From: Candidatus Binatus sp.
GTDB lineage: Bacteria; Desulfobacterota; Binatia; Binatales; Binataceae
Length of the DNA: 64,000 bases
Direction: 5' to 3'
Assembly: GCF_049584895.1 (NCBI RefSeq)
Contig: NZ_JBAUYR010000057.1
Location: 27,908 to 91,907, forward strand
The position numbers and the translations under genes are program-made. Shown here piece by piece: positions 1 to 8,874 of this stretch (positions are counted from its first letter, which is position 1; each line of letters opens with the position of its first letter). Under the pieces are notes generated by a model. The model was given only the letters and a program-made list of their open reading frames with translations. It searched no databases and was not told the origin of the DNA.

Positions 1-2
1 AG

Positions 3-494
3 CTCGCGCTCGCATGCGATTTTCGCCTGGCGGCAGACGGTCCTTATCAGATCGGATTACCCGAGGCGGTGCTCGGGATATTGCCCGGCGGCGGTGGAAC
101 GCAGCGCCTACCGCGGCTGATAGGGCGGGGCAGGGCGCTCGAAGTGCTGCTGTTCGGCAACGTCTACAATCCGCGCGACGCCGAGAAAATGGGAATGGTC
201 AACCGCGTGCTTGCGCCCGACGACCTGATGCCGTTTGCGATGGATTGGGCGCGAACGCTGGCGAGCCGCCCGCCGCGCGCGATCGCGGCAATCAAGCGCG
301 CCATATACGTCGGCGCCGATCGCGACCTCGAATCCGGACTCTACGTCGAGCGGATGGAGATGACGCAGCTGATGTGCTCGCAGGACGCGCGGACGCTCAT
401 GACCGATTACAACAAGGCGGTCGCGCGTGATCCCATGACCGCGCGCACCGAATTCCTCAAGGGAATCGGCGTGCCGCCAGCCAAGGGAGCTTGA
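3..494 (+). CDS. enoyl-CoA hydratase/isomerase (crotonase) family protein, C-terminal part; 5-prime end lies outside the window
   Basis: The frame of ORF 69..494 stays open to the window edge. It reads LALACDFRLAADGPYQIGLPEAVLGILPGGGGTQRLPRLIGRGRALE, the classic crotonase-fold core. Confidence 0.85.
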   Translation, partial: LALACDFRLAADGPYQIGLPEAVLGILPGGGGTQRLPRLIGRGRALEVLLFGNVYNPRDAEKMGMVNRVLAPDDLMPFAMDWARTLASRPPRAIAAIKRAIYVGADRDLESGLYVERMEMTQLMCSQDARTLMTDYNKAVARDPMTARTEFLKGIGVPPAKGA

Positions 495-515
495 ACAGTT
501 GAGACTCGCGATCGG

Positions 516-950
516 CTAGTCTTCGTCGACCGCCTGGCGAATCGCGTTCAGGATGAACAAGTATTGATTCGGTCCGGTCACGCGGCCGAGCATGTTCACG
601 TTCTTCAGGACTTTGAGTTCCCGCTCCGTGACCTTGTGACGCGCCAGCGTCCCGCGATCTCCCGAAAACCTACGCCACGAATCTTCACGCTGCTTCGACG
701 GCGAGGGCTCGCGCTTCTCACCGATGATCCACTGCGCTTCCGGATGCGCCAGCAGGAAAAGCTGCCTTTTGTCGAGCTCGAGCGTCTCTGCGATCCGCGA
801 CAGCAGCGAAAGCGAAGGGCGGCGCCGTCCGTTTTCGAGGTAGGCGACGTGGCTGGCCTTGACTCCGAGTTTGCGCGCGAGCTCACGCTGAGTGTAGTTG
901 TACGCGCCGCGCCGCTGTTTGAGAACCTGACCGAGAGTCTCTTTTTTCAT
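516..950 (-). CDS. XRE-family helix-turn-helix transcriptional regulator with an uncharacterised ~75-aa C-terminal extension
   Basis: The N-terminus LKQRRGAYNYTQRELARKLGVKASHVAYLENGRRRPSLSLLSRIAETLEL is a typical HTH_XRE. The ATG is at 950. I recognise no motif in the C-terminal half. Confidence 0.8.
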   Translation of the reverse strand: MKKETLGQVLKQRRGAYNYTQRELARKLGVKASHVAYLENGRRRPSLSLLSRIAETLELDKRQLFLLAHPEAQWIIGEKREPSPSKQREDSWRRFSGDRGTLARHKVTERELKVLKNVNMLGRVTGPNQYLFILNAIRQAVDED

Positions 951-1419
951 AGTGTATGTTCCGCCCGTAGTTTCCGTAAGAAGTTTGCGTGGTGGTGATT
1001 GTTACCGGACAGATTGTGAAGATTCTGTTCGATCGATTGTGATTACTAAAATCAACGTGATACTCGTAGCCATTGCCGCTTATCTTATACGTCTTTGGTC
1101 GCAGCCAGTTTCCACATCCGCGCAGCTGTGAACCATTGTGCTGAGCGCTCGTTCAGTTTCTACAGACCAACAGTCTCACACTTCTGAACAGTTAGTCCAC
1201 TCCAGCGGACCTCGATATTGCAAAAGCCAAAAAAACTATAGCGAACTTGGTCTGGCAGTGACAACTAGACTCCGCCAAAGAGACCCGCGGTTAGCACCGA
1301 TTCGGTAAATATTACCTATCAAATTGTACTTTAAGCTATCGAAGATGAGCCCGGATCGGAAGACTCCGCCTTCGGTAGTCCCACGCCAGCGATGCTATCC
1401 AATCACTTGCAGTTTTTGA

Positions 1420-1914
1420 CTAGCCGGACGACGGCGATGGAAGATGCGGTTTCTGGCATACAGCACTGGCGGCACAATTAAGACCGGCGCCGAAATAAAT
1501 TGTCGCAGCCTTCACCGGATAGAAAAAATAGTCGAGCGGCGTCTGGATCGGATCGAATTGCTGCGGTGGTCCCGACGCTACCGCCTCGGCATGAGCCTGC
1601 TCCTCGACCCGCTCCTTGGTGTTGATCTCGACATCCTGCACGCTCGCGAGGCGCTCGTCGGATCCGAAGATCGCGGCCTTGCCGGGCTCGAGCCAGACGT
1701 ATCGCAACACGGTGGCGCCGTTGTGATTGGGATCCGCGATACTGTCCTTCAGGTCGGGCTCGCCCATCGACTGCACGGTTTGAGCCGGGGTCATCCCTGG
1801 ACTTAGCGTTCCGCTCTTAACCGTCGAGCATCCGACGACGAGCAACGCGATCAGCCCAGCGCCCGCACTTAGGAGCAATGTACGTAGCGTGATCATCGGC
1901 AATTCAAGCCTCAT
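1420..1914 (-). CDS. hypothetical lipoprotein, last gene of the Mla-like operon
   Basis: It has a signal peptide with lipobox LLVVGCS and is co-directional, 56 nt after mlaD. An alternative start is the Met at 1896. Confidence 0.6.
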   Translation of the reverse strand: MRLELPMITLRTLLLSAGAGLIALLVVGCSTVKSGTLSPGMTPAQTVQSMGEPDLKDSIADPNHNGATVLRYVWLEPGKAAIFGSDERLASVQDVEINTKERVEEQAHAEAVASGPPQQFDPIQTPLDYFFYPVKAATIYFGAGLNCAASAVCQKPHLPSPSSG

Positions 1915-1970
1915 AGCGTGCTAACATACCCTAGACGTCTCTAACAATCGACCGCATTCGCCGCCGTTAC

Positions 1971-3176
1971 TCACTTTGTCGAAGAAGAATTTACAATGCT
2001 GGAAGGCGGTTCCACAATTGCCGGGATTGCCGCCGAGGCCGTACTCGGCGCCGGTTGCGAACGGCACGACCCCGCCTGCGACGACGTCATCATCACCGGC
2101 TGTGCGCCGGCGGCGCTCGCCGACGGACTCGCGAGCGGATGGGTTAGATTGTAAAACCCGTTGATGAACTGAATCCCCCAGCCTCCGCCATTGTCCATGA
2201 AACCGGTGAGCTGCTGGTAGAGCTTGGGGTCGTTGACCAGCATGCCCGCGGTGCCTTGCCCTGAATTGATCTTTTGCAGAATTTCCTTCAAGTCGCGCGA
2301 CGATTGCCGCAAGCTCGGCAGCACGTCGTCGGAGAAATCCTTGTTCTCCATCAGTTGCGGCAAAATCCCGTGAGCATTGTCGAACCGCGCGATCAGCGTG
2401 TCCATGCGCGCGCTGGTCTGACGAATCTTCGCCGCCGTATTCGACAGGTTATCGAGGAACTGCTTGCCATCGGTCTGGTCGCTAAGCATCGCGCCTATCA
2501 GCCCCTGGCCCTGGTTGACGCGATCCATCGCGTGGTTGAGCGCGACCGACAGCTTGTCCACGTGATCGAGCATCTGCTGAATCGCTTGGAGCGTCAGCCG
2601 ATGGTTGGGCTCATTGGCGTCCTCGCCGCGCACCAGTTCACTGAGCAACCCATGACCGTTTTCAATCGACGCGAGTATCGCGCGCATAGAGCCGGAAATC
2701 GCCATCACGTTCGCGATCAAATCGTCAGTGCCTTCGCGCTGCAGGATTGCCTCGTAATCGATCGGATTTATCGAGGCGAGCACGGTGTCCGGATTCGCGG
2801 GCGGCGCGGCCGCCGTGCCCGGCGTCAGCGCGACGAACTTGTCGCCGAGCAGGCCCATCGAATGTATCTGCATGATTGAATCGGTCCGCACCCGCTCGGC
2901 CGCGGATTGTTCGACCCAGATTTTCACGATCACGTAGCCGTTCTCGGGCTCGGGCGGAAACATTATCGAATCGACCGCGCCAATCCGCACTCCCGACAGT
3001 GTTACCGGCGCTCCTGTTTGCAAACCCTCGATTCGCTCGAAATGCGCTTGCAGGATTTCGGTGCGGGTGAAGAGTTGCGCGCCATGCCCAATCGTCAGGA
3101 CCGCGAAGCACAGGATTCCGAGAGCGGCCGCAATCAGCGCACCGACTCGCACTCGCGCAAACGCAGAATCAGCCAC
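1971..3176 (-). CDS. mlaD: MlaD/MCE-domain substrate-binding protein with a long helical and Ala/Ser/Pro-rich C-terminal extension
   Basis: It has an N-terminal TM helix followed by an MCE core (LQTGAPVTLSGVRIGAVDSI...MGLLGDKFVALTPG). It follows mlaE and mlaF. Confidence 0.85.
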   Translation of the reverse strand: MADSAFARVRVGALIAAALGILCFAVLTIGHGAQLFTRTEILQAHFERIEGLQTGAPVTLSGVRIGAVDSIMFPPEPENGYVIVKIWVEQSAAERVRTDSIMQIHSMGLLGDKFVALTPGTAAAPPANPDTVLASINPIDYEAILQREGTDDLIANVMAISGSMRAILASIENGHGLLSELVRGEDANEPNHRLTLQAIQQMLDHVDKLSVALNHAMDRVNQGQGLIGAMLSDQTDGKQFLDNLSNTAAKIRQTSARMDTLIARFDNAHGILPQLMENKDFSDDVLPSLRQSSRDLKEILQKINSGQGTAGMLVNDPKLYQQLTGFMDNGGGWGIQFINGFYNLTHPLASPSASAAGAQPVMMTSSQAGSCRSQPAPSTASAAIPAIVEPPSSIVNSSSTK

Positions 3177-3203
3177 GCGCGCCTCGCAATCCGAACATAT
3201 TCG

Positions 3204-3953
3204 TCACAGCGAGATCTCCACAAACTCTCGCATCAACTCGTCGCTGGTCGCGCGCACTTCATCCGCCGTTCCGCTGAATCGTATCCGCCCCTGGTCCAGC
3301 AGCGCGAAACGGTCGCCGACCATGAACGCGCTCTTCAGATCGTGTGTCACTACCACCGACGTAAAACCCAACTGCCGCTGCAATCCACGAATCAGCAAGT
3401 TTATCTTGTGCGTCACCAGAGGGTCCAATCCCGTGGTCGGCTCGTCGTAGAGCACCGCCTTCGGCTGCAGCGCGATCGAGCGCGCGAGAGCCACCCGCTT
3501 TTTCATCCCGCCGGAGAGCTCTGCCGGATAAAGATGCTCGACGCGCGTCATCCCGACCATATCGAGCAGCTCGGTCACGCGCCGCGCGATCACAGGCTCC
3601 TCCATCCCGCCATGCTCGCGCAGCGGGTAGCTGACATTTTCGAACACCGTGAAAGAGTCGAACAGCGCGCCGCCCTGGAAGACCATGGCGACTTCCTTGC
3701 GGACGTCGGCCATCGCGTCCTCGCTGAGATCGTTGAGCCGCCGGCCCGCGACGATCACCTCGCCGCGGTCGGGCCGCTCGAGGCCGTTCAGATGCCGCAG
3801 CATGACGCTCTTGCCCTCGCCACTGCCGCCGAGCACAACCAGAGTCTCGCCTTCGAACACATCGAGATCGACGCCTTGCAGAACCGGCTTGTCGCCGAAG
3901 CTCTTGCAGAGCTGGCGCACCTCGATAAATTTCTTTGGTCCGTCGCTCGGCAT
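3204..3953 (-). CDS. mlaF: ABC transporter ATP-binding protein, MlaF-like
   Basis: Walker A GGSGEGKS, signature LSGGMKKRVALAR and Walker B VLYDEPTTGLD are present. Its start overlaps the mlaE stop. Confidence 0.9.
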   Translation of the reverse strand: MPSDGPKKFIEVRQLCKSFGDKPVLQGVDLDVFEGETLVVLGGSGEGKSVMLRHLNGLERPDRGEVIVAGRRLNDLSEDAMADVRKEVAMVFQGGALFDSFTVFENVSYPLREHGGMEEPVIARRVTELLDMVGMTRVEHLYPAELSGGMKKRVALARSIALQPKAVLYDEPTTGLDPLVTHKINLLIRGLQRQLGFTSVVVTHDLKSAFMVGDRFALLDQGRIRFSGTADEVRATSDELMREFVEISL

Positions 3954-4708
3954 CAGATCGATAGAAAAAACTTGGTCAGAAAGAAATCCGAGATCAGCAC
4001 CGTGATCGAGGCCGCCACCACTGCCGAGGTCGTCGCGCGCCCGACGCCGTCCGCGCCGCCAGTCGCCGACAGGCCCTTCGCGCAGGCGATTATCGCAATC
4101 TCGAAGCCGAAAAACACCGACTTCCCGAGCCCGCTGAACAGATCGCCGAGCTGCACGTTCTGGATAAGCGAGCTGTAAAAGTAATCGGCACTGACGCCGA
4201 GCTGCGTGACCGCGATAAGCAGCCCGCCGAACAGCCCGACCGCGTCCGCCAGGACGGTCAGCACCGGCATCATGATGGTAGTCGCGAGCACGCGCGGCAC
4301 CACCAGCTTTTTTACCGGACTGGTCGCCAGCGATCGCATCGCGTCGATCTGTTCGGTCACCTTCATAGTGCCGAGCTCCGCCGTTATTCCCGAGCCCACC
4401 CGAGCCGCGACCATCAGCGCGCTCAGCACGGGTCCCATCTCGCGCAGCAGAGACAGTCCCATGATCCGGCTGACATAAATTTTCGCGCCGAACTTGGCCA
4501 GGAACTGGCCCATCTGCAGCGCCAGCACCATCCCGGAAAAAATCGCGGTCAGATTGACGACGTTAACCGATTTCACGCCGACCGCTTCGAGCTGATCGAG
4601 TAACAACCGCCCCTCGAACGGCCGCCTCACCAGGTACCGAAAAAAATCGCCAGTCAGTGCTCCGACTTCGCCAAGTTCATCGAGGAACCGGTATATTCTT
4701 TCGAGCAT
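3953..4708 (-). CDS. mlaE: ABC transporter permease, MlaE-like
   Basis: It is polytopic, with GPVLSALMVAARVGSGITAELGTMKVTEQIDA, which is typical of the MlaE/YrbE family. Confidence 0.9.
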   Translation of the reverse strand: MLERIYRFLDELGEVGALTGDFFRYLVRRPFEGRLLLDQLEAVGVKSVNVVNLTAIFSGMVLALQMGQFLAKFGAKIYVSRIMGLSLLREMGPVLSALMVAARVGSGITAELGTMKVTEQIDAMRSLATSPVKKLVVPRVLATTIMMPVLTVLADAVGLFGGLLIAVTQLGVSADYFYSSLIQNVQLGDLFSGLGKSVFFGFEIAIIACAKGLSATGGADGVGRATTSAVVAASITVLISDFFLTKFFLSI

Positions 4709-4760
4709 CGCGCCTTGTTCGTGCGAGCGTAAGCGAACCCGACAGGTGCGGCAATATGAA

Positions 4761-5093
4761 ATGGAAAACGACGACCAACTACTCTTCGTCTACGGCACCC
4801 TGATGAACCCGGCCGAGCGCCTGCGCCTGCTAGGCCGCCCCATCGAAGCAAGCCCGGCGCACCTCATCGGCTACACCCGCGGCCGCAAGCGCTACTACTT
4901 CGTCGCAAAACAAGCAGACGCCGTCGCCGACGGCGCGATCCTCGAAGGCCTGAGCGCGCGCGATCTGGAAATCCTCGACGGCTACGAAGAAGTGCCGACG
5001 CTCTACACGCGCGAGCGAATCGAAGTCGTCACCGCAGACTCGAGCAAAATAGAATGCTGGATCTATCTGCCGACTAAATGGGCGGAGGACTAG
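4761..5093 (+). CDS. gamma-glutamylcyclotransferase (AIG2/GGACT-like) family protein
   Basis: LLFVYGTLMNPAERLRLLG is the N-terminal YGTL motif. The start is ambiguous (GTG 4746 or ATG 4761). Confidence 0.7.
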   Translation: MENDDQLLFVYGTLMNPAERLRLLGRPIEASPAHLIGYTRGRKRYYFVAKQADAVADGAILEGLSARDLEILDGYEEVPTLYTRERIEVVTADSSKIECWIYLPTKWAED

Positions 5094-5141
5094 TCTCTAA
5101 AACGTTGCGTTGAGTCTGCGAGAGCTTCGCATTCAAATAGG

Positions 5142-5178
5142 AAGGATCGGATTCTTCGCTTCGCTCTAGAATGACACA
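5142..5178. repeat. dispersed repeat, copy 1 (AAGGATCGGATTCTTCGCTTCGCTCTAGAATGACACA)
   Basis: The 30-nt core GGATTCTTCGCTTCGCTCTAGAATGACACA is identical to 19759..19788. The flanking AAGGATC is also shared, with a 2-nt indel. Confidence 0.85.
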
Positions 5179-5194
5179 GGAAAGGAACCTGAGA

Positions 5195-5288
5195 GCAAAA
5201 TGGCGTCCTCGCCATTTTGCGATTTCTTTTCACCGGGTGCAGGGGTCACCCCTGCCGAAGGAAGCGTGAAACCCACCGCGGGTTTCAC
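5195..5288. terminator. three consecutive perfect hairpins between convergent genes
   Basis: The hairpins are GCAAAATGGCG-TCCT-CGCCATTTTGC (5195-5220), GCAGGGG-TCA-CCCCTGC (5239-5255) and GTGAAACCC-ACCGC-GGGTTTCAC (5266-5288). None has a classical U-tract, so terminator function is inferred from position only. Confidence 0.5.
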
Positions 5289-5313
5289 ATTCAATAAGTG
5301 AGTTGGTCCTTTC

Positions 5314-6735
5314 CTAGCCCTTGATGTCCGGCGGGAGCGGCTTTGGCTGCTCGCCGCGCTTCAAGCCGAACTTATCGATCCGGTATTGTAGCGTCCGGTA
5401 GCTCATCGCGAGCATCTTCGCCGCCTTCGCGATTACCCAGTCGTTGCGCTCGAGCGCTTGTAGAATCGCGTCGCGCTCGAACGTTTCGAAATTGAAGCCC
5501 TCGCTCGGAATTTCGTATCGGTCGCCGCGCTGACGCTCGCCGCTGCGGGTCGGTGTTTTGCGCGACAGGACTTCCTCCGGCAAATCGCGCGGCATCACTT
5601 TCTCGCCCTCGCACAGCAGAATCGCGCGCTCGATCGCCGACTCGAGCTGACGGACATTGCCCGGCCACGAGTAATCGAGCACGACTTCCATCGCCTCGCG
5701 CCCGATCTCTTTCACGCGTCCTTCCGCCAGATGCCTGAATTTCGCGAGCGCATGATTTGCCAGCAGCGGGATATCGCCGCGCCGCTCGCGTAGCGGCGGC
5801 AGCGTCACAGTCACGACGTTGATTCTGTAGTACAGATCTTCGCGGAAGCGCCCCTCGCCGACTTCCTCGGCGATATTGCGATTACTCGCCGCAACCAGCC
5901 GCACGTCGATACGAAACGAATCGTTGCCGCCGACGCGTCGCAACTCCTTCTCCTGCAGTACACGCAGGATTTTCGCCTGCATTCCCTGCGGCAGGTCGGC
6001 GATCTCGTCGAGAAACAATGTCGATTTGTCGGCGCTCTCGAACAGCCCGATCTTGCGCTCGTTGGCGCCGGTGAAAGCGCCGCGCTCATGCCCAAACAGT
6101 TCATTTTCGATCAGGGTTTCAGGAATCGCCGAGCAATTGATCGCGACGAACTGCCGCGCGGCCCGCGGTGATAGGCGATGGATCGCCTTGGCCACTATCT
6201 CCTTTCCGGTGCCGCTCTCTCCCTGGATCAGCACGGTAGAATTCGACGGCGCGACGCGACGCACCAGACGGATCACTTCCTGTATTGCGGGATCCTGCCC
6301 GATGATTCCTTCGATCTCGAACGTACCCTCGAGCCGCCGTTTGAGCAGCTGATTTTCCTGCTGAAGGTTTGCGAACTCCGCGGCCTTCGCGACGCGTGTC
6401 ACCAGCTTCTCGCGGTCCGTTGGCTTCTCGAGGTAGTCGAACGCGCCCGCCTTCATCGCCTGCACGACGCTGTCGGTCGATCCATGCGCGGTCAGCACCA
6501 CCACCTGGCTGCCGGGATAGGTGCCGCGCACTTTCGCGAGCAACTCCTCGCCCGACATGCCCGGCATCATCAGGTCCGTCAGCACGACGTCGAAACGCGA
6601 CAGCGCCAGCAGCTCGATCGCGCGCTTGCCGACCGCGGCTTCTTCGACCGCGAAGCCTTCTTCGCGCAACGTATCGGCGGTTATCTGTCGTTCGAGGTCG
6701 TTATCTTCAACGACCAGTACTGAGGCCTGCGTCAT
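5314..6735 (-). CDS. sigma-54-dependent response regulator (NtrC/AtoC family)
   Basis: It has a receiver domain (VLVVEDND...DVVLTDLMMPGMSG), an AAA+ domain (GESGTGKE, GAFTGA) and a C-terminal Fis-type HTH. Confidence 0.92.
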   Translation of the reverse strand: MTQASVLVVEDNDLERQITADTLREEGFAVEEAAVGKRAIELLALSRFDVVLTDLMMPGMSGEELLAKVRGTYPGSQVVVLTAHGSTDSVVQAMKAGAFDYLEKPTDREKLVTRVAKAAEFANLQQENQLLKRRLEGTFEIEGIIGQDPAIQEVIRLVRRVAPSNSTVLIQGESGTGKEIVAKAIHRLSPRAARQFVAINCSAIPETLIENELFGHERGAFTGANERKIGLFESADKSTLFLDEIADLPQGMQAKILRVLQEKELRRVGGNDSFRIDVRLVAASNRNIAEEVGEGRFREDLYYRINVVTVTLPPLRERRGDIPLLANHALAKFRHLAEGRVKEIGREAMEVVLDYSWPGNVRQLESAIERAILLCEGEKVMPRDLPEEVLSRKTPTRSGERQRGDRYEIPSEGFNFETFERDAILQALERNDWVIAKAAKMLAMSYRTLQYRIDKFGLKRGEQPKPLPPDIKG

Positions 6736-8242
6736 GATGGTGTCCGTTTACTACCGCGCTCGGCGGGAAGGTGAAAGTCAAAGTGGTGCCGGGTCCGTCC
6801 GCGTTCGGCCCGATATCGATCTTACCGCCATGGGTCTCGACGATCGCCTTTGACAGAAACAGCCCGAGCCCGATCCCGTCGCGCTTGGTGGTGAAGAACG
6901 GCTCGAAGACGTGCCCGGCAACGCCCGCTTCGATTCCGCCGCCGGTGTCGGAAAAACTGATCACCATCGATCCGTCCGCATCGACCCGCCGAAACGCAAT
7001 CCGCATCTTGCCGCCTTCCGGCATCGCCTGTATCGCGTTGGCGACCACGTTGATAAAGCAGGTGCGCAGCTTCTCCGCGTCCACCTTGAGGATCGGCGTC
7101 TCGTCGCATTCTTCGATCAGCTGGATCCCCTGGCTCTTCATTTTCGATTCCGACAGCGCCACCACTTCGTCCACCAGGTGAAGGACGTCGGTCGGCGCCG
7201 GGAATATTTCGATCGGCTTCCCGTAATGCAAAAAACTTTGCACCAGGTCAGCCAGCCGCCGCATCTCGTCCTTCATGATCCCGAGCTGATGTAAAAACGC
7301 TTCGCGATCGTTCGGCTGCTGCGGCGCGTAGCGCATCCGTAGCTGGTCGAGTGCGAGGCTGATGAAATTCAGCGGATTCTTGATCTCATGCGCGAGGCCG
7401 CCCGCCAATTGCCCGAGCGCCGTGAACCGCTCGAGCCGATTCAGTTCCTGCTCGCGCTCGCGCGCGCGGCGCAGTTGCCCGACCATGTCGTTGAAGCTGC
7501 GTGTCAGCAGACCGATCTCGTCGCGCCGATGTGCCTCCGGAACCGGCTCCAGGCCGCGCGCCGCGATATTCTGCGCCGCGGCCGCGACCGCATGAATCGG
7601 TTTCACGTAACGATCGGCCAGGATGTACGCGAACACCAGCCCGATCGCGAAAATCGCAAATGCGATCAGCAGCTCGCGCGTCCTGCTCTCGGCCAGCGGC
7701 TGCGCGAAGTCGCCGAAATTCGCCACCACCTGCACGTAGCCCAGCAGATGGTCTTCGACCTCGACCGGAATCAGGTAGACCGTCGTCTCAGGCGCGAGCC
7801 CAAGCTTGCCGGCCGGAACAGTCACCAGTTTTTCGGGATGCCTGAGTTGCTCGGGCGTCAACCATTCCGCCTGCTTCGGCCGCAGCGCCGCCCCAATCAG
7901 ATTCGGATCCGAGCTGTTCAGGATCAGATTCTCGCTCGATGCGATCGATACCTCGAGCCCCTGGGTGTGCAGGTCGTCCACGTAATGGTGCAATTGTTCG
8001 CGATCGATGTTTCCGACCGCGGTCAATTCCTGCACGCCGATCTGAATCACGCGCGCCAGGTCCTTAACCTTCTCCTGCGTGTCCGCGACAATCGCCGCCT
8101 GCGTGCCGAGGCTCACCCAAACCTCCGCGCCCAACGTCAGCGCGAGCAGACCGACCATCAGCACGATCAGCTTCGCCTTGAGGTTCAACGCGGGAAAGTA
8201 TGATTCCATTTTCGACATCGGCGCGTGGGCCTGCGCGCGCAA
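6707..8242 (-). CDS. sensor histidine kinase (two TM helices, ~150-aa extracytoplasmic domain, HAMP, HisKA, HATPase_c)
   Basis: The H-box is LAHEIKNPLN, and N/G boxes are present (NAIQAMPEGG, DTGGGI, GLGLFLS). It overlaps the regulator start by 29 nt. Alternative starts are at 8218 and 8209. Confidence 0.88.
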   Translation of the reverse strand: MRAQAHAPMSKMESYFPALNLKAKLIVLMVGLLALTLGAEVWVSLGTQAAIVADTQEKVKDLARVIQIGVQELTAVGNIDREQLHHYVDDLHTQGLEVSIASSENLILNSSDPNLIGAALRPKQAEWLTPEQLRHPEKLVTVPAGKLGLAPETTVYLIPVEVEDHLLGYVQVVANFGDFAQPLAESRTRELLIAFAIFAIGLVFAYILADRYVKPIHAVAAAAQNIAARGLEPVPEAHRRDEIGLLTRSFNDMVGQLRRAREREQELNRLERFTALGQLAGGLAHEIKNPLNFISLALDQLRMRYAPQQPNDREAFLHQLGIMKDEMRRLADLVQSFLHYGKPIEIFPAPTDVLHLVDEVVALSESKMKSQGIQLIEECDETPILKVDAEKLRTCFINVVANAIQAMPEGGKMRIAFRRVDADGSMVISFSDTGGGIEAGVAGHVFEPFFTTKRDGIGLGLFLSKAIVETHGGKIDIGPNADGPGTTLTFTFPPSAVVNGHHHDAGLSTGR

Positions 8243-8244
8243 AA

Positions 8245-8871
8245 TTATTCGGGCAATTCGGTCTTGGCTTCCGGCTCGCTGGTTTTACGCAGTACCATCA
8301 ACCGGGTTCCGTAGATCGCAACGCTCAGGACCGCGACGATCACGATCAGCCGCTCGAAGCCGCCGATGTACCTGACGATCCATTCGAGCTGCTGGCCAAA
8401 AACGTAGCCGAGCGTCACCACAATCGGAACCGAGATCAGCGCGCCCAGCAAATCGTAAAACAAAAATACGCTGGGCTTGACCCCGAAAGATCCCGCGGAC
8501 AAATAGACCAGCGCGCGCAGCCCGGCGAGGAACCGCGCGTAGAAAATCGCGCGATGCCCATGGCGCTGCATGAAGGCCTCGATCCGCTCGATCTGATGCT
8601 TGCGGCCAGGCCGTCCGATCGAGAAGTACCGCACCAGTCCTGATCCAAAGCGCCGTCCCATGAAAAACAGCGAGTTGTCGCCCGCGACCACGCCGAGCAA
8701 CGACACCGCAAGCGTGATCGGATAGCGGGTGATCCCGCGATGCACCAAATAGCCGCCCGCCAGTAGCGCCACGTCCTCGGGAATCGGCAATCCAAGTCCG
8801 CACAGCATCAGAACCACGAACAATCCAATGTAGGTGAAGTGTTCGATGTACGCGGAGATCAGTCCGACCAA
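8245..8871 (-). CDS. DedA/SNARE-associated (VTT domain) membrane protein
   Basis: GLGLPIPEDVALLAGGY plus FLAGLRALVYLSAG is the DedA pattern. Confidence 0.85.
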   Translation of the reverse strand: MVGLISAYIEHFTYIGLFVVLMLCGLGLPIPEDVALLAGGYLVHRGITRYPITLAVSLLGVVAGDNSLFFMGRRFGSGLVRYFSIGRPGRKHQIERIEAFMQRHGHRAIFYARFLAGLRALVYLSAGSFGVKPSVFLFYDLLGALISVPIVVTLGYVFGQQLEWIVRYIGGFERLIVIVAVLSVAIYGTRLMVLRKTSEPEAKTELPE

Positions 8872-8874
8872 GCT

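Noticed and set aside
2907-4178. 423-aa plus-strand ORF across mlaD, mlaF and mlaE
   Set aside because: It is antisense to three genes with clear MCE/ABC signatures.
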